Origin: an uncultured Chloroflexia bacterium
Lineage (GTDB): Bacteria; Chloroflexota; Limnocylindria; Limnocylindrales; CSP1-4
NCBI GenBank assembly: GCA_963712745.1
Contig: CAVQJC010000011.1
Coordinates: forward strand, 32,001 to 96,000
DNA length: 64,000 nt
Direction of reading: 5' to 3'
Positions 19,463 through 29,199 of this stretch are shown here, piece by piece. The translations under genes and the position numbers were made by a program. The notes beneath the pieces were generated by a model. That model ran no database searches, was not told the origin of the DNA, and saw only the letters and a program-made list of their open reading frames with translations. Each line of letters starts with the position of its first letter. Within the stretch, counting starts at the first letter, position 1.

Positions 19463-20512
19463 CTACGCCCCGACTTCCGCCTTGGCGGCATCCCAAGCGG
19501 CCTGCGTCTCGGCCAGCACCTCCTCGGAGATCTGCACGTAGCCGGCTACCGACACGAGCTCCTGGCCCTCGGGGGTCAGGTAGAAGTCGACGAAGGGAGC
19601 CAGCGCGGGGTTGTACGACTCGGATGCCGGGTCGATGCGGCCCTGCTCGGGGTAGATGAAGAGGTCACGCGCGATGGGATAGGTGTTGGCCGCGACGGTC
19701 TCCTCGTCGGGGGCGATGCACTGGCCGTCCCCGCCGTCGATGGGGACCATGCGGACACGGTCGAAGTTGTTGACCGCGTAGGCATAGCCCACGAAGCCGA
19801 TGCCGTTGGGGTTGCCGCCGACACCGTCGATGATGATGTTGTCGTTGGGCGAGGCGACGTAGATGCCCCCGGGCTGGCGCGTGTAGGGCTCGCCCGCGGC
19901 AGCTTCGTTGCCAGCCTCTGCTCGAGCCGCCTGGATGTCCTCTAGGGCGACCTCGATGAAGGAGCCCCAGGTGCCAGATTCGTCGCCCGGCGCGGTGATG
20001 GCGATGTCTCCGCTTGGCCAGGAGCCGGTCTCGGAGCCAAGCTCAGCTGCGAACGTGGCCACGTCCTCCCAGGTCGTCAGGTCGTCGGACTCCACGCCGA
20101 AGATGGCGTAGAGGTCGTTGAAGTTGAGGCATTCGATGGCGTCGTTCTGCGTGCTCACGATGACGGCCAAGCCATCGATGCCGATCTTCAGCTCGACGGG
20201 CGTGATGCCATTCGCCGCGCAGTTCTCGATCTCCTGGCCCTTGATGGGCCGGGAGGCATCGTTGATATCGGTCTCACCGTTGCAGAACTTGTCGAAGCCC
20301 GTCGAGGTGCCGGGTCCATTGACGCTGATGGTGACGTTGGGATTGGAGAAGGCGAACTCCTCGCGCACGAGGTCGGAGATGGGCTCGACGGTCGAGGAGC
20401 CGGAGATCTCGATGGAGCCCTCGACATCCTGGGCGAGCGCGCCGCCGGCGAGGCTGGTCGTGAGCACGGCGAAGCCGACAACGGCTGCGCCAAGGCGCTT
20501 GGTGGTACGCAT
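19463..20512 (-). CDS. pstS: Phosphate-binding protein PstS
   Basis: Signal peptide; GSSTVEP, GTSTG, DASRPIK, SGT, YPIARDLFIY. Confidence 0.95.
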   Translation of the reverse strand: MRTTKRLGAAVVGFAVLTTSLAGGALAQDVEGSIEISGSSTVEPISDLVREEFAFSNPNVTISVNGPGTSTGFDKFCNGETDINDASRPIKGQEIENCAANGITPVELKIGIDGLAVIVSTQNDAIECLNFNDLYAIFGVESDDLTTWEDVATFAAELGSETGSWPSGDIAITAPGDESGTWGSFIEVALEDIQAARAEAGNEAAAGEPYTRQPGGIYVASPNDNIIIDGVGGNPNGIGFVGYAYAVNNFDRVRMVPIDGGDGQCIAPDEETVAANTYPIARDLFIYPEQGRIDPASESYNPALAPFVDFYLTPEGQELVSVAGYVQISEEVLAETQAAWDAAKAEVGA

Positions 20513-20597
20513 GGTAGGAACGGATTCCTCCTGGTTGCCTGGGCGTAGAGCGGTCCCGGGCCGGTTGTTACTACGGTGCCTACGCTGGCCTTGCGAG

Positions 20598-20636
20598 GTG
20601 AACGTGGGGTTGCTGCGTCGTTAACACTCGGTTAAC
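20598..20636 (-). promoter_or_regulatory. Pho-box-like direct repeats upstream of pstS
   Basis: On the minus strand GTTAAC-N5-GTTAAC-N5-AGCAAC-N5-GTTCAC, exact 11-bp period. Confidence 0.7.
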
Positions 20637-20825
20637 GCTGGAGGGCCAGGCGATAGCCGCACTATGGGACTCCCCCGAAGGTGCCCCCAGTGCCCCTGGG
20701 GATCACGCCCTTGGTCTGGTGCGCGCCACGTCGGTGGTCTACACCGAACCGGCAGTGGAAGTCGAACGGGGACATCGCGGGACCGGTCACCCGGGGATCG
20801 GAGGCGGCGTAGCGACTGCTGCTTC

Positions 20826-20862
20826 GTCAACAGCGCGTGAACGCACTGCGAGTCCGTACAAT
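20826..20862 (+). promoter_or_regulatory. Second Pho-box-like pair and -10 for the basic repeat protein gene
   Basis: GTCAAC-N5-GTGAAC (11-bp period) followed by TACAAT at 20857-20862. Confidence 0.5.
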
Positions 20863-20928
20863 GGCGCGGCCGAGCTACGCCGTTCTCCGGGGAGGAGCCC
20901 ATCGGTCGGCCGGGACGAAAGGGACATC

Positions 20929-21426
20929 ATGGCCAAGAAGAAGGGCAAGCGCCGGGACGCGCCTGCCGGGAAGCCGAAGGCGCTGCGCAAGCAACTGCAC
21001 AAGGCCGAGGTGGAGCTGGACAAGGCCGTCGCCAAGCGCGACAAGGCCCAGGCCCGGGTCGATGCGATGAGCATCATCGCCGACGAGATCCGCGCTCAGC
21101 TCGCCGACCTCGAGAAGGCTGCGGCCAAGGAGGCGGCCAAGGTGGCCGCAACCAACGACGCTGCCGCAGCCAAGACCGCGGCCAAGCCCGCCGCGCGGAA
21201 GACCGGCTCCGGGGGCAGGGCTTCGTCGGCCAGGCCTGCCAAGAGGCCCCCAGCCGCCGCCAAGCCTGCTACAGCCAAGCCCGCGACCGTGGCCAAGCCC
21301 GCGACCGCGGCCAAGCCCGCGACCCTGGCCAAGCCGGCCACGCGGGCCAGGACGAGCAGCAGCGCCAATGCGCGCAGCAGCGCCAAGGCGCGGTCAGCCA
21401 CACCAAAGGCGCCACCCGGGTCGTAG
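20929..21426 (+). CDS. Basic Lys/Ala/Pro-rich histone-H1/AlgP-like protein with an N-terminal coiled coil
   Basis: ATG after AAAGGGA; helical LRKQLHKAEVELDKA...LADLEK segment; AKPAT repeats; coding-like GC3. Confidence 0.75.
   Translation: MAKKKGKRRDAPAGKPKALRKQLHKAEVELDKAVAKRDKAQARVDAMSIIADEIRAQLADLEKAAAKEAAKVAATNDAAAAKTAAKPAARKTGSGGRASSARPAKRPPAAAKPATAKPATVAKPATAAKPATLAKPATRARTSSSANARSSAKARSATPKAPPGS
21259..21342 (+). repeat. Five 15-18 bp coding repeats (AKPAT[x])
   Basis: GCCAAGCC(C/T/G)GCxACx units at 21259, 21274, 21292, 21310 and 21328. Confidence 0.85.
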
Positions 21427-21459
21427 CGACCAGCGGGCCGCTGCTCCAACGGCAGGGCG

Positions 21460-23172
21460 CTATTCGATCGAGGTGATCGCGTTGCCCAGCGCCTTGCGGA
21501 ACGTGCGCCCGGTGATGCGGCGCCACAGCGGCCGGAAGCTACGCCGCAGCTGCTCCACACGGGCCTCTCGCGAATCGAGGTAGAGGCCGACGGCCTCGCG
21601 TGAACGGGCCGACAGCTGGGGCGCGTGAAGGTTGAGCCACTCGCGTGTGACACTCGCCGCGACGTCGGCGTCATTCATCAGCCCCAGGTGATCCTGCATC
21701 TCCGTGATCTGCGTGATCAGCTGGCGCGCGTTGACCGGCAGGACCTCGCTGAAGTACTCGAGCGTGTAGCGCAGGCGCTTGCCCTCGATGCGCAGGGCGT
21801 GAAGGGTGCGCACGTCCGCCCAGGTGATGATGGTCTCGTAGGCGCGGACACGCTCGTAGGCCGCCAGGATGCGCGAGCCAGCCGTGTCACGCACCAGGCT
21901 CGGCTGACCCAGCGGCGTCATGATCTCGGCTGCCCCCGGCGACTCGCTGAAGTCGAGGTAGTCGTCCACGAACTCGCGGTACTGCTTCGAATCGAGGCGG
22001 GCGATGAGCCGCTTGCGGGCGACCTCGCGCTGCCGGCGCCAGGCGGCACGCAACGGCTCCACCGCTTCGCGGCCGATGGGCGGCAGGTCGCCCAGGTACG
22101 CCTCCAGGTCCTCCAGCAGGACGTCTACATCACGGACCTCGCCCAGTGCGCGTGCGACGCCGCGCAGCTCCTTCACGTAGCGGCGCTGCACCCGGGGCCG
22201 ATACGCGCCGTCGAACACGCGCCAGGCGGCGCGCATGCGCCGTGTGGCCACGCGCATCCGGTGCAGGTCCTCGGGGTCCAGGCCCGAGCGCGCGCCGGCC
22301 TCGAAGTGGAGCATGCGCGCGAGGTGCATGCGCAGGACCTTGCGGCCGGCCTCACCGAGCGAGTCGTCGGCCTTGATGCCCGGCGAGGTCGGCACCCGCG
22401 GCAGCCGGTGCGTGGGGTCCTCGGCGGCCTTGGCCACGTAATGGCGGGCGATGTCCTCCTTGGAGCGCGGCTCGGGCATGACGTAGCCGGTGGACTCGAC
22501 GAGGGCCGCCAGGCGAGACAGGTCCGCTCCGCTGCCCTTGGGCGCCTCGACCTCGAGGACGGAGAACGAGGACAGCGGACGAGCCCCGCGGAAGACGGCC
22601 ACCCGGTCGAGCGTCACCTCTACGGGCCCGTCATCGAGCGCGAGCGTGCGCTTCTCCCGGCGCTGGTTGATGGTGAAGAGCACCCGCAGGCGTGCCCCGT
22701 CACGTATCTCGTTGATGAGCTCGCGTGCCGCACTGGGCGGCCAGAGGTCCGGGTCGAGCCGCTCGTCGGCAGGCCCCTCGACCTCCACGCGCTGGGAGAG
22801 CGCCTTCGAGTCGTCCTCGTCGACTCCGCCAGAGGCGGAGCGCTCGTGTGAGGCCGACTTCACCGTGACCGTAAGGGGCCCGTTGTCCTCGCGCCGCAGG
22901 CGGGCTCCGAAACCGGCGCCCTCGAGCGCCCCATAGGCCGTGTCGACGTAGCGATCCTCGACCTCGATGGTCTTGTCACTACCGTGTTCCACGCCGTCCA
23001 GCGCGCCGCCCCAGTCGCGGGCCAGCCACCCGCGCAGGGCTTCGAGGTCGCGCACCAGGTACTTGAGCTCGACCTCGCGCGGGATGCTGCCCGCCGGCTC
23101 ATCAGACTTGTCAGGAGCGGCGAACGGGATCAGCCCCGGCTCGGGCAGGCCCTTGTCGCGGGCGTCGGTCAA
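21460..23172 (-). CDS. CYTH + CHAD domain polyphosphate-binding protein
   Basis: EVELKY (ExExK) CYTH motif; LHRMRVATRR, LHALRIEGKRLRY and QDHLG CHAD motifs; the TTG start overlaps the corrected ppk1 stop (TTGA). Confidence 0.9.
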   Translation of the reverse strand: MTDARDKGLPEPGLIPFAAPDKSDEPAGSIPREVELKYLVRDLEALRGWLARDWGGALDGVEHGSDKTIEVEDRYVDTAYGALEGAGFGARLRREDNGPLTVTVKSASHERSASGGVDEDDSKALSQRVEVEGPADERLDPDLWPPSAARELINEIRDGARLRVLFTINQRREKRTLALDDGPVEVTLDRVAVFRGARPLSSFSVLEVEAPKGSGADLSRLAALVESTGYVMPEPRSKEDIARHYVAKAAEDPTHRLPRVPTSPGIKADDSLGEAGRKVLRMHLARMLHFEAGARSGLDPEDLHRMRVATRRMRAAWRVFDGAYRPRVQRRYVKELRGVARALGEVRDVDVLLEDLEAYLGDLPPIGREAVEPLRAAWRRQREVARKRLIARLDSKQYREFVDDYLDFSESPGAAEIMTPLGQPSLVRDTAGSRILAAYERVRAYETIITWADVRTLHALRIEGKRLRYTLEYFSEVLPVNARQLITQITEMQDHLGLMNDADVAASVTREWLNLHAPQLSARSREAVGLYLDSREARVEQLRRSFRPLWRRITGRTFRKALGNAITSIE

Positions 23173-25281
23173 TCGGTCACGCTCCCGGCGGCTTCTGCCA
23201 TGAGCACCTCGAAGGTGTCGGTCGTGGGTTCGCCTTCGATGGTGGTCTCGACCCTCGTCCACCCGGCGTCATCGCCGAGTGTCCAGGCTCGACGGTCGTC
23301 GCGGCGCATGACCGCCAGGGCCCAGCGCAGCCGCTCCTGCAGGAGCTTCGTCCTTGACCGGGGTGATGGCCTCCACGCGGCGGTCGAGATTGCGCTCCAT
23401 GAGGTCAGCCGAGCCGATGTAGTAGCGCTCCCGCTCGCCCTGGCCGAAGACGAAGATGCGTGAGTGCTCGAGGTAGCGGCCCACGATCGAGCGCACCCGG
23501 ATCGATTCGCTGAAGCCCGGCACGCCCGGCTGTAGCGAGCACATGCCGCGCACGATGAGATCGATGGGCACGCCCGCCTGGCTGGCCTGGTACAGGCGCC
23601 GGATCATCTCCGGGTCTACGCAGGCGTTGCACTTGATGATGATGCGACCGTCTCCGTGTTCACGGTGGCGCTCCATCTCGCCGTCGATGAGCTCCTCGAG
23701 CATGGGCCGCATCGACTTGGGTGCGACCAGCAGCTCCTTGTAGCGGTCCTTCCGGGCCACGCCGGTGAGCACGTTGAAGAGGTCGGTCACGTCACCGGTG
23801 ACGGCGCGGTCGGCCGTGAGCAGACCCAGGTCGGTGTAGATGTGCGCGGTCTTGTGGTTGTAGTTGCCCGTGCCGATGTGCGCGTACCGACGCAGGCCGC
23901 CCGACTCGCGGCGGATGACGAGCGTGCACTTGGAGTGCGTCTTGAGGCCCAGCAGGCCGTAGGCCACGTGAGCGCCGGCACGCTCCAGGGCACGGGCCCA
24001 GACGATGTTGGCTCGCTCGTCGAAGCGGGCCTTGATCTCGACCATGACCACGACCTGCTTGCCGCTCTCGGCCGCCCGGATGAGCGAGCGCACGATGGGC
24101 GAGTCACCGCTGGTGCGGTAGAGCGTCATCTTGATGGTCAGCACATCGGGATCGTCCGCGGCCTGTTCGATGAGCCGCTGGACCGAGTGGCTGAACGACT
24201 CATAGGGGTGATGCACGAGGATGTCGCCCTCGCGCATGCGGCCGAAGAGATCCACGCCCTGGTCCTCTTCCTCGTCGAGCTGGACGAGACGGGGTGGCAC
24301 GACCGGCGTCCAGGGGGTCGGCTGCAGCTCGGGGATGTCGAGGTCCGCGATGGTGTCGAGACCACGCAGGTCGAGCATGCCGCGAATCTCGTAGATGTTC
24401 GACTGGTCCAGCCCCAGGCCACGCTGCAGCAGCGTTCGCGTCTCGTGGGGCATGGAGCGTTCGATCTCCAGGCGCACCACCTTGCCGAACCGCCGTCGGC
24501 GCAGCTCCTCCTCCATGGCCATGAGCAGGTCGTCCGCCTCGTCTTCCTCGATGTCGAGATCGGCGTTGCGAGTGACTCGGAAGAGATGGTGCGAGTCGAC
24601 CTCCATGCCCGGGAACAGGGCGTCGAGATTGGCAGCGATGACGCGCTCGAGCAGGACATACGTGCGAGGCGCCACCTCCCACAGCCTTGGCAGCACCGGG
24701 GGCACCTTCACTCGCGCGAAGCGTCGCTGCCCGGTGGCCGGGTCCCTCACCGTCACCGCCAGCGACAGCGAGAGGTCGCTGATGTAGGGGAACGGATGCG
24801 CCGGGTCCACGGCCAGCGGGGTCAGCACCGGGAAGATCTCGTCCATGAAGCGCTGCCGGAGCTCATTCTGTCGCTGCGGACGATCCTCGGGGGCGATGAT
24901 GCGGATGCCCTCCCCCGCAAGCTCCTCGCGGATCTTGTCCCAGAGGTCGGAGTGCTGTGCCTGCAGCTGCAGCACTCGACCGCGGATGCGGTCGAGCTTC
25001 TGGCTGGCCGAGAGGCCGTCGGGCGTGGGCTTGGAGTGACCGGCGGCGACCTGCTGCATCAGCCCCGACACGCGCACCTGGAAGAACTCGTCCAGGTTGC
25101 TGGTAAAGATCGAGAGGAAGCGCACGCGCTCGAGCAGCGGGTTGCGCTCGTCCTCGGACTGGTACATCACGCGCTCGTTGAAGTCCAGCCAACTGAGCTC
25201 GCGCGTGATGAAGGGGAAGCCCGGCTCGCGCGGCTGGCGCGGTCCGGTCCGGGGGCGCGAGGCATCGTGGATGGTGGTCAC
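23169..25281 (-). CDS. ppk1: Polyphosphate kinase 1; a +1 frameshift near 23343 replaces the last ~57 aa (possible sequence error)
   Basis: RELSWLDFN, HPFPYIS, LKTHSK, SADLMERNLDRRVE; the conserved tail LQERLRW..DDRRAWTL continues in the shifted frame to TGA 23169. Confidence 0.95.
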
Positions 25282-25351
25282 GAGACCGATGCTATCAGGG
25301 CACCCACCGATACCGATAGGGCGGCGCGGTCATCGTTGGCCGGCGCCGCGC

Positions 25352-25747
25352 TCAATCGTGGCTGTGTTGGGGCATCCCGTCGGGTACCGACTCCTCCGCC
25401 AGTCGGCGAGCGGAATCCTCGGTGCAGGGGCAGTTCCGGCGCAGGTGCTCGAAGGAGTAGAAGCCGCTACTGTGCCCGTCGGCCCAGGCGGGCTGGAGCG
25501 CGTAGTTGCCGGTGAGCGAGATGTCGGCCAGCTCCAGCTGGTCACCACTCAGGGTGGGGTTGGAGTCGAGCCAGCCCGGCTGCCCGGCCTCTCCCCGGCA
25601 GAAGGCACAGGGGCAGAGCCAGCGCAGTGTGGCCAGCTCGAACACGCTGCGGTGCCCGTCGGCCCAATCGATGGTGAGCTGTCGGCCGGGCCGGTCGGCG
25701 TGGATGTCGGTGGGCTTGATGGCGTCGCCGCGGAACTCGGTGGTCAT
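25352..25747 (-). CDS. DUF971 / GBBH-like N-terminal metal-binding protein
   Basis: LRWLCPCAFC, GNYAL...W.DGHSSGFYSF. Confidence 0.9.
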   Translation of the reverse strand: MTTEFRGDAIKPTDIHADRPGRQLTIDWADGHRSVFELATLRWLCPCAFCRGEAGQPGWLDSNPTLSGDQLELADISLTGNYALQPAWADGHSSGFYSFEHLRRNCPCTEDSARRLAEESVPDGMPQHSHD

Positions 25748-25794
25748 GCCTGCGACTGTGCCACACGCGTCCCGCGGGGGTCATCCGCGAACGG

Positions 25795-27570
25795 TCAGGC
25801 GTCATCGGTAGGGCTCCCAGCCTCGGCAGAAGTCGCCCGCGCCTCGGCAGAAGTCGCCCGCGCCTCCTCCTCGTGGAAGCCGCGGATGGCCGCCTTGATG
25901 GTGGGATAGAAATGCGCCGGGTCGATGGTCTCGTAGATGCTGTAGCGCTCCAGCTTGTCCCGGACAGGGTCCTTCAGCTCTGCGAAGGCGAGGTGGATGT
26001 CGTCAGCGTTGAGCTCCTCGTCCAGCTTGACCAGCATGTCCGCGGCCGTGGTATCGATGTCGGTGATGGGCTCGGCCGCCACGATCACCCAGCGGGGAGG
26101 GGGGTCTGTGGCGGTGATGACGCCACGCACCCGGTCGCGGAAGAGGATGGAGTTGGCGAAGAAGAGGGGTGCGTCCCAGCGCAGGATGACCAGCCCTGGT
26201 ACCTGCGCGGCTTCGGGATAGCGCGAGACGTCGTGATAGCCGGGCACATCCTCGGGCTTGCCCAGGATGGCGGAGTACGGCTGCCAGGCCCGGATGAAGA
26301 TCTGGAAGACGGAGACGACCACGGCGATGACGATGCCTTCGAGCACGCCGATGAGCGCCACGCCCAGGAAGCAGACGGCGGCGACCGCGAACTCGCTGCG
26401 GCGTACCTGCCACAGCCGCCCGAGGCCCATGCGGTCGAGCAGCGAGGCGCCGGCCACGATGATGACTGCGGCCAGGACGGGCATGGGCAGCCACTGCACC
26501 AGGCCCGGCACGAAGAGCAGCATGGCCAGCACCAGCACCGCTGCCACCAGGCCCGTCAACTGGGACTTGGCGCCGGCCTGGTCAGCGACCGCGGTGCGCG
26601 AGCTGCTGGTGCTGACGGGGAACCCCCCGAAGAACCCGGCGGCCACGTTGGCCGTGCCGATGGCCACGATCTCCTGGTCGGTATCGACCTCGGTCCCTCG
26701 CTTGGAGGCGAAGCCCGCCGAGACCGAGACCGTGTCGCCCACCGCGACCAGGGTGATGCCGATAGCGCCTCCGACGAGCAGCGGCAGGTCGCTCAGCTCC
26801 ACGCTGGGCAGGGCCGGCATGGGGAAACCCTGCGGGAGGACTCCGACCACATCGACCCCGCGCGCGGCGAGGTCGAGCACGGCCGAGAGGACGAGCGTGA
26901 CCACGACGCCGATGAGGATGCCGGGGAGTGTGGGCAGCCAGCGCTTGAGGCCGAGGATGATGGCCAGGGCGAGGAGGCCGATCCCGAGCGCGTAGGCGTT
27001 GGTCTGGTCGAGGTTGGCCAGGAACTCGCGGATATCGACCAGGACGTTGCCGCCGTCGATGCTGAAGCCGAAGAGCTTGGGCAGCTGCCCGACGATGATG
27101 ACCAGGGCCAGGCCGGCCATGTAGCCCAGCCGGACCGGTTGCGACAGCAGGTCGGAGATGAACCCGAGGCGGGCCAGACCCGCGCCGATGGCGATGGCGC
27201 CCACGAGCAGGGCCAGCATGCCGGCCAGGCCTACGGCTCGCTCCATGGAGCCCGCGGCCAGGGGCAGGATGATGGCTGCGATGATCGGGCCCAGCGACGA
27301 GTCGGGGCCCAGCACCAGGTACGGCGAAGGCCCGAAGGCCGCGTACGCCACGAGGCAGACGACGGTGGTGTAGAGCCCCGTGATGGCCGGCAGCCCGGCC
27401 AGCTCGGCGTAGGCCATGCCCTGGGGCACCAGCAGCGCCGAAAGGACGACCGCTGCCACCAGGTCACGGCGTAGCCACTCCCGCTGATACGTGCGCGCGG
27501 ACAGGAGGCCGGGCACCCACTTCTCGAGGCCGCGCCCCTGCGCCGGCAGGCCTGCCGCGGGCTTCGTCAT
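25795..27570 (-). CDS. SulP family anion transporter with a STAS domain
   Basis: VPQGMAYAELAG, TSSSRTAV, APLFFAN, DIDTTA. Confidence 0.93.
   Translation of the reverse strand: MTKPAAGLPAQGRGLEKWVPGLLSARTYQREWLRRDLVAAVVLSALLVPQGMAYAELAGLPAITGLYTTVVCLVAYAAFGPSPYLVLGPDSSLGPIIAAIILPLAAGSMERAVGLAGMLALLVGAIAIGAGLARLGFISDLLSQPVRLGYMAGLALVIIVGQLPKLFGFSIDGGNVLVDIREFLANLDQTNAYALGIGLLALAIILGLKRWLPTLPGILIGVVVTLVLSAVLDLAARGVDVVGVLPQGFPMPALPSVELSDLPLLVGGAIGITLVAVGDTVSVSAGFASKRGTEVDTDQEIVAIGTANVAAGFFGGFPVSTSSSRTAVADQAGAKSQLTGLVAAVLVLAMLLFVPGLVQWLPMPVLAAVIIVAGASLLDRMGLGRLWQVRRSEFAVAAVCFLGVALIGVLEGIVIAVVVSVFQIFIRAWQPYSAILGKPEDVPGYHDVSRYPEAAQVPGLVILRWDAPLFFANSILFRDRVRGVITATDPPPRWVIVAAEPITDIDTTAADMLVKLDEELNADDIHLAFAELKDPVRDKLERYSIYETIDPAHFYPTIKAAIRGFHEEEARATSAEARATSAEAGSPTDDA
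25820..25866. repeat. In-frame 21-bp tandem duplication in the SulP tail (ARATSAE x2)
   Basis: GCCTCGGCAGAAGTCGCCCGC repeated exactly twice. Confidence 0.9.
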
Positions 27571-27609
27571 CGGGTCAGGTCGAGCACATCACCTCGAAGG
27601 TGATCGGGG

Positions 27610-28515
27610 CTAGTCCTTGGGCCAGACTGCCGGCACGAAGTCGAAGCCGGAGTAGTCGGGCGGCTGGTAGTCACCGGCCTTCTGTCGCGCCGGCAGCTTC
27701 AGCTTCTTGGGGGTGTGGTCCTCGTAGGGGATGAGGCTGAGCAGGTGGGTGATGGTGTTCAGCCGTGCGTGGCGCTTGATGTTGCCGTCCACGATGTACC
27801 AGGGAGCGTGCTCGCTGTCGGTGTCTGCCAGCATCGCATCGCGGGCGCGTGAATAGTCGACCCACTTGGACCGAGCCTTCAGATCCATCGGCGACAGCTT
27901 CCAGCGCTTGCGCGGGTCATCGATGCGCGCGTGGAAGCGTTCCTCCTGCGTCTCGTCGGCGATGTCCAGCCAGTACTTGACCAGGATGGTCCCCGATCGC
28001 ACCAGGGCCAGCTCGAAGCCGTTGACGGTGGCCATGAACTCGTCGTACTGCGCATCGGTGCAGAAGCCCATGACGCGCTCGACGCCGGCGCGGTTGTACC
28101 AGCTGCGATCGAAGAGCACCATCTCGCCAGCCGAGGGCAGGTGCGGCACGTAGCGCTGGAAGTACCACTGGCTCTTCTCCTTCTCGGTCGGCGCCTGCAG
28201 CGCCACCACGCGTACGACGCGGGGGCTGGTGCGGTAGGTGATGCGCTTGATGACGCCGCCCTTGCCGGCCGAGTCGCGCCCTTCGAAGATGACCGCGACC
28301 TTGAGGCCTTTCTCCTTGATCCATCCCTGGAGCTTGACCAGCTCGATCTCGAGCCGCGCCAGCTCGTTTTCGTAGGCCTTCTTGGACATCTCCTCGGCGT
28401 CGCGGCCGGCCCAGAAAGCGGGCCTGGCGATGCCCGAGCCCGGCTTCCCGCCGGCCTTCGGTCGGCTCGTGGCCGTCACTTCACGCTGCTTGCGCCCCTT
28501 GGTCTTGTTGCCCAC
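27610..28515 (-). CDS. ppk2: Polyphosphate kinase 2
   Basis: FEGRDSAGKGG Walker A, FDRSWYNRAGVE, WKLSPMD; GGAGGA RBS before the GTG at 28515. Confidence 0.95.
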   Translation of the reverse strand: MGNKTKGRKQREVTATSRPKAGGKPGSGIARPAFWAGRDAEEMSKKAYENELARLEIELVKLQGWIKEKGLKVAVIFEGRDSAGKGGVIKRITYRTSPRVVRVVALQAPTEKEKSQWYFQRYVPHLPSAGEMVLFDRSWYNRAGVERVMGFCTDAQYDEFMATVNGFELALVRSGTILVKYWLDIADETQEERFHARIDDPRKRWKLSPMDLKARSKWVDYSRARDAMLADTDSEHAPWYIVDGNIKRHARLNTITHLLSLIPYEDHTPKKLKLPARQKAGDYQPPDYSGFDFVPAVWPKD

Positions 28516-28702
28516 GGTCGGAGTCCTCCGGGTCTTGGTCTGATCCTGTCTCGAGTGATGGCTTGATGTTCCCACGTCCGCGAAGCCACGCTGTCGTCCG
28601 ATTCGGGTGATAGCCGGGGTTTCACTACACGGCTCTCCGCTGCGGTGGGATGCTCTCGTACGCCATGCGACCATGACCAGGACAGCGACAGGAGGGGAAC
28701 CC

Positions 28703-29075
28703 GTGTCGAAGTTGATGCCCGGCCTTTCCGGAGAACGTGGTCGGAGTCGAAGCGATCGGCAAGGTCGAAGCAGACGACTACCGCACTGTGCCTGACCCGG
28801 CGGTGGCCAAGGCCGTGGAGGCGTACCAGAAGATCGGCTTCCTCTACGTGCTGGGGGACGAGTACGAGAGCTTCACGCCCGGCGCCATGTGGCAGGACAC
28901 CAGAGTCGGCCTGGGTGACCGCCAGCACTGGCAGCGCATCGCCGTCGTCTCCGACCACCAGCGCCTGACCGAGACCCTGCACGCCTTCGCCTGGATGTTT
29001 CCCGGAGAGATCCGGACCTACACCATGGACCAGCTGGACGAGGCCAGGGACTGGCTCAGCCAGCCGCTCGGATAG
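28703..29075 (+). CDS. SpoIIAA-like (STAS/SEC14) protein with a +1 frameshift near 28726
   Basis: GGAGG RBS + GTG; corrected N-terminus [22 protein letters not shown]; WQRIAVVSD; EARDWL. Confidence 0.8.
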
Positions 29076-29199
29076 CACGGCCGCGGGAGAGTGGTGCGGG
29101 CGCGCACCATCCATCGAGGAGTGCCGGCATTCGTGGGCGCGCCCGATCTGTGGCGTTGGCGCTATCGTCGGTGGCTCACAGCAATCAGGAGAGCACTGC

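Noticed and set aside
20664-20840. Short ORF MGLPRRCPQC... (possible Zn-ribbon) between pstS and the basic protein
   Set aside because: Only one CxxC, no RBS, needs an assumed frameshift, and overlaps the promoter region
21259-21342. Short direct repeats as a possible CRISPR array
   Set aside because: No unique spacers; these are coding AKPAT repeats, and no cas genes are present
14225-23350. Programmed ribosomal frameshifting in phoR, pstA and ppk1
   Set aside because: No shared slippery heptamer or stimulatory structure; these families are not known to be recoded; sequence error is simpler
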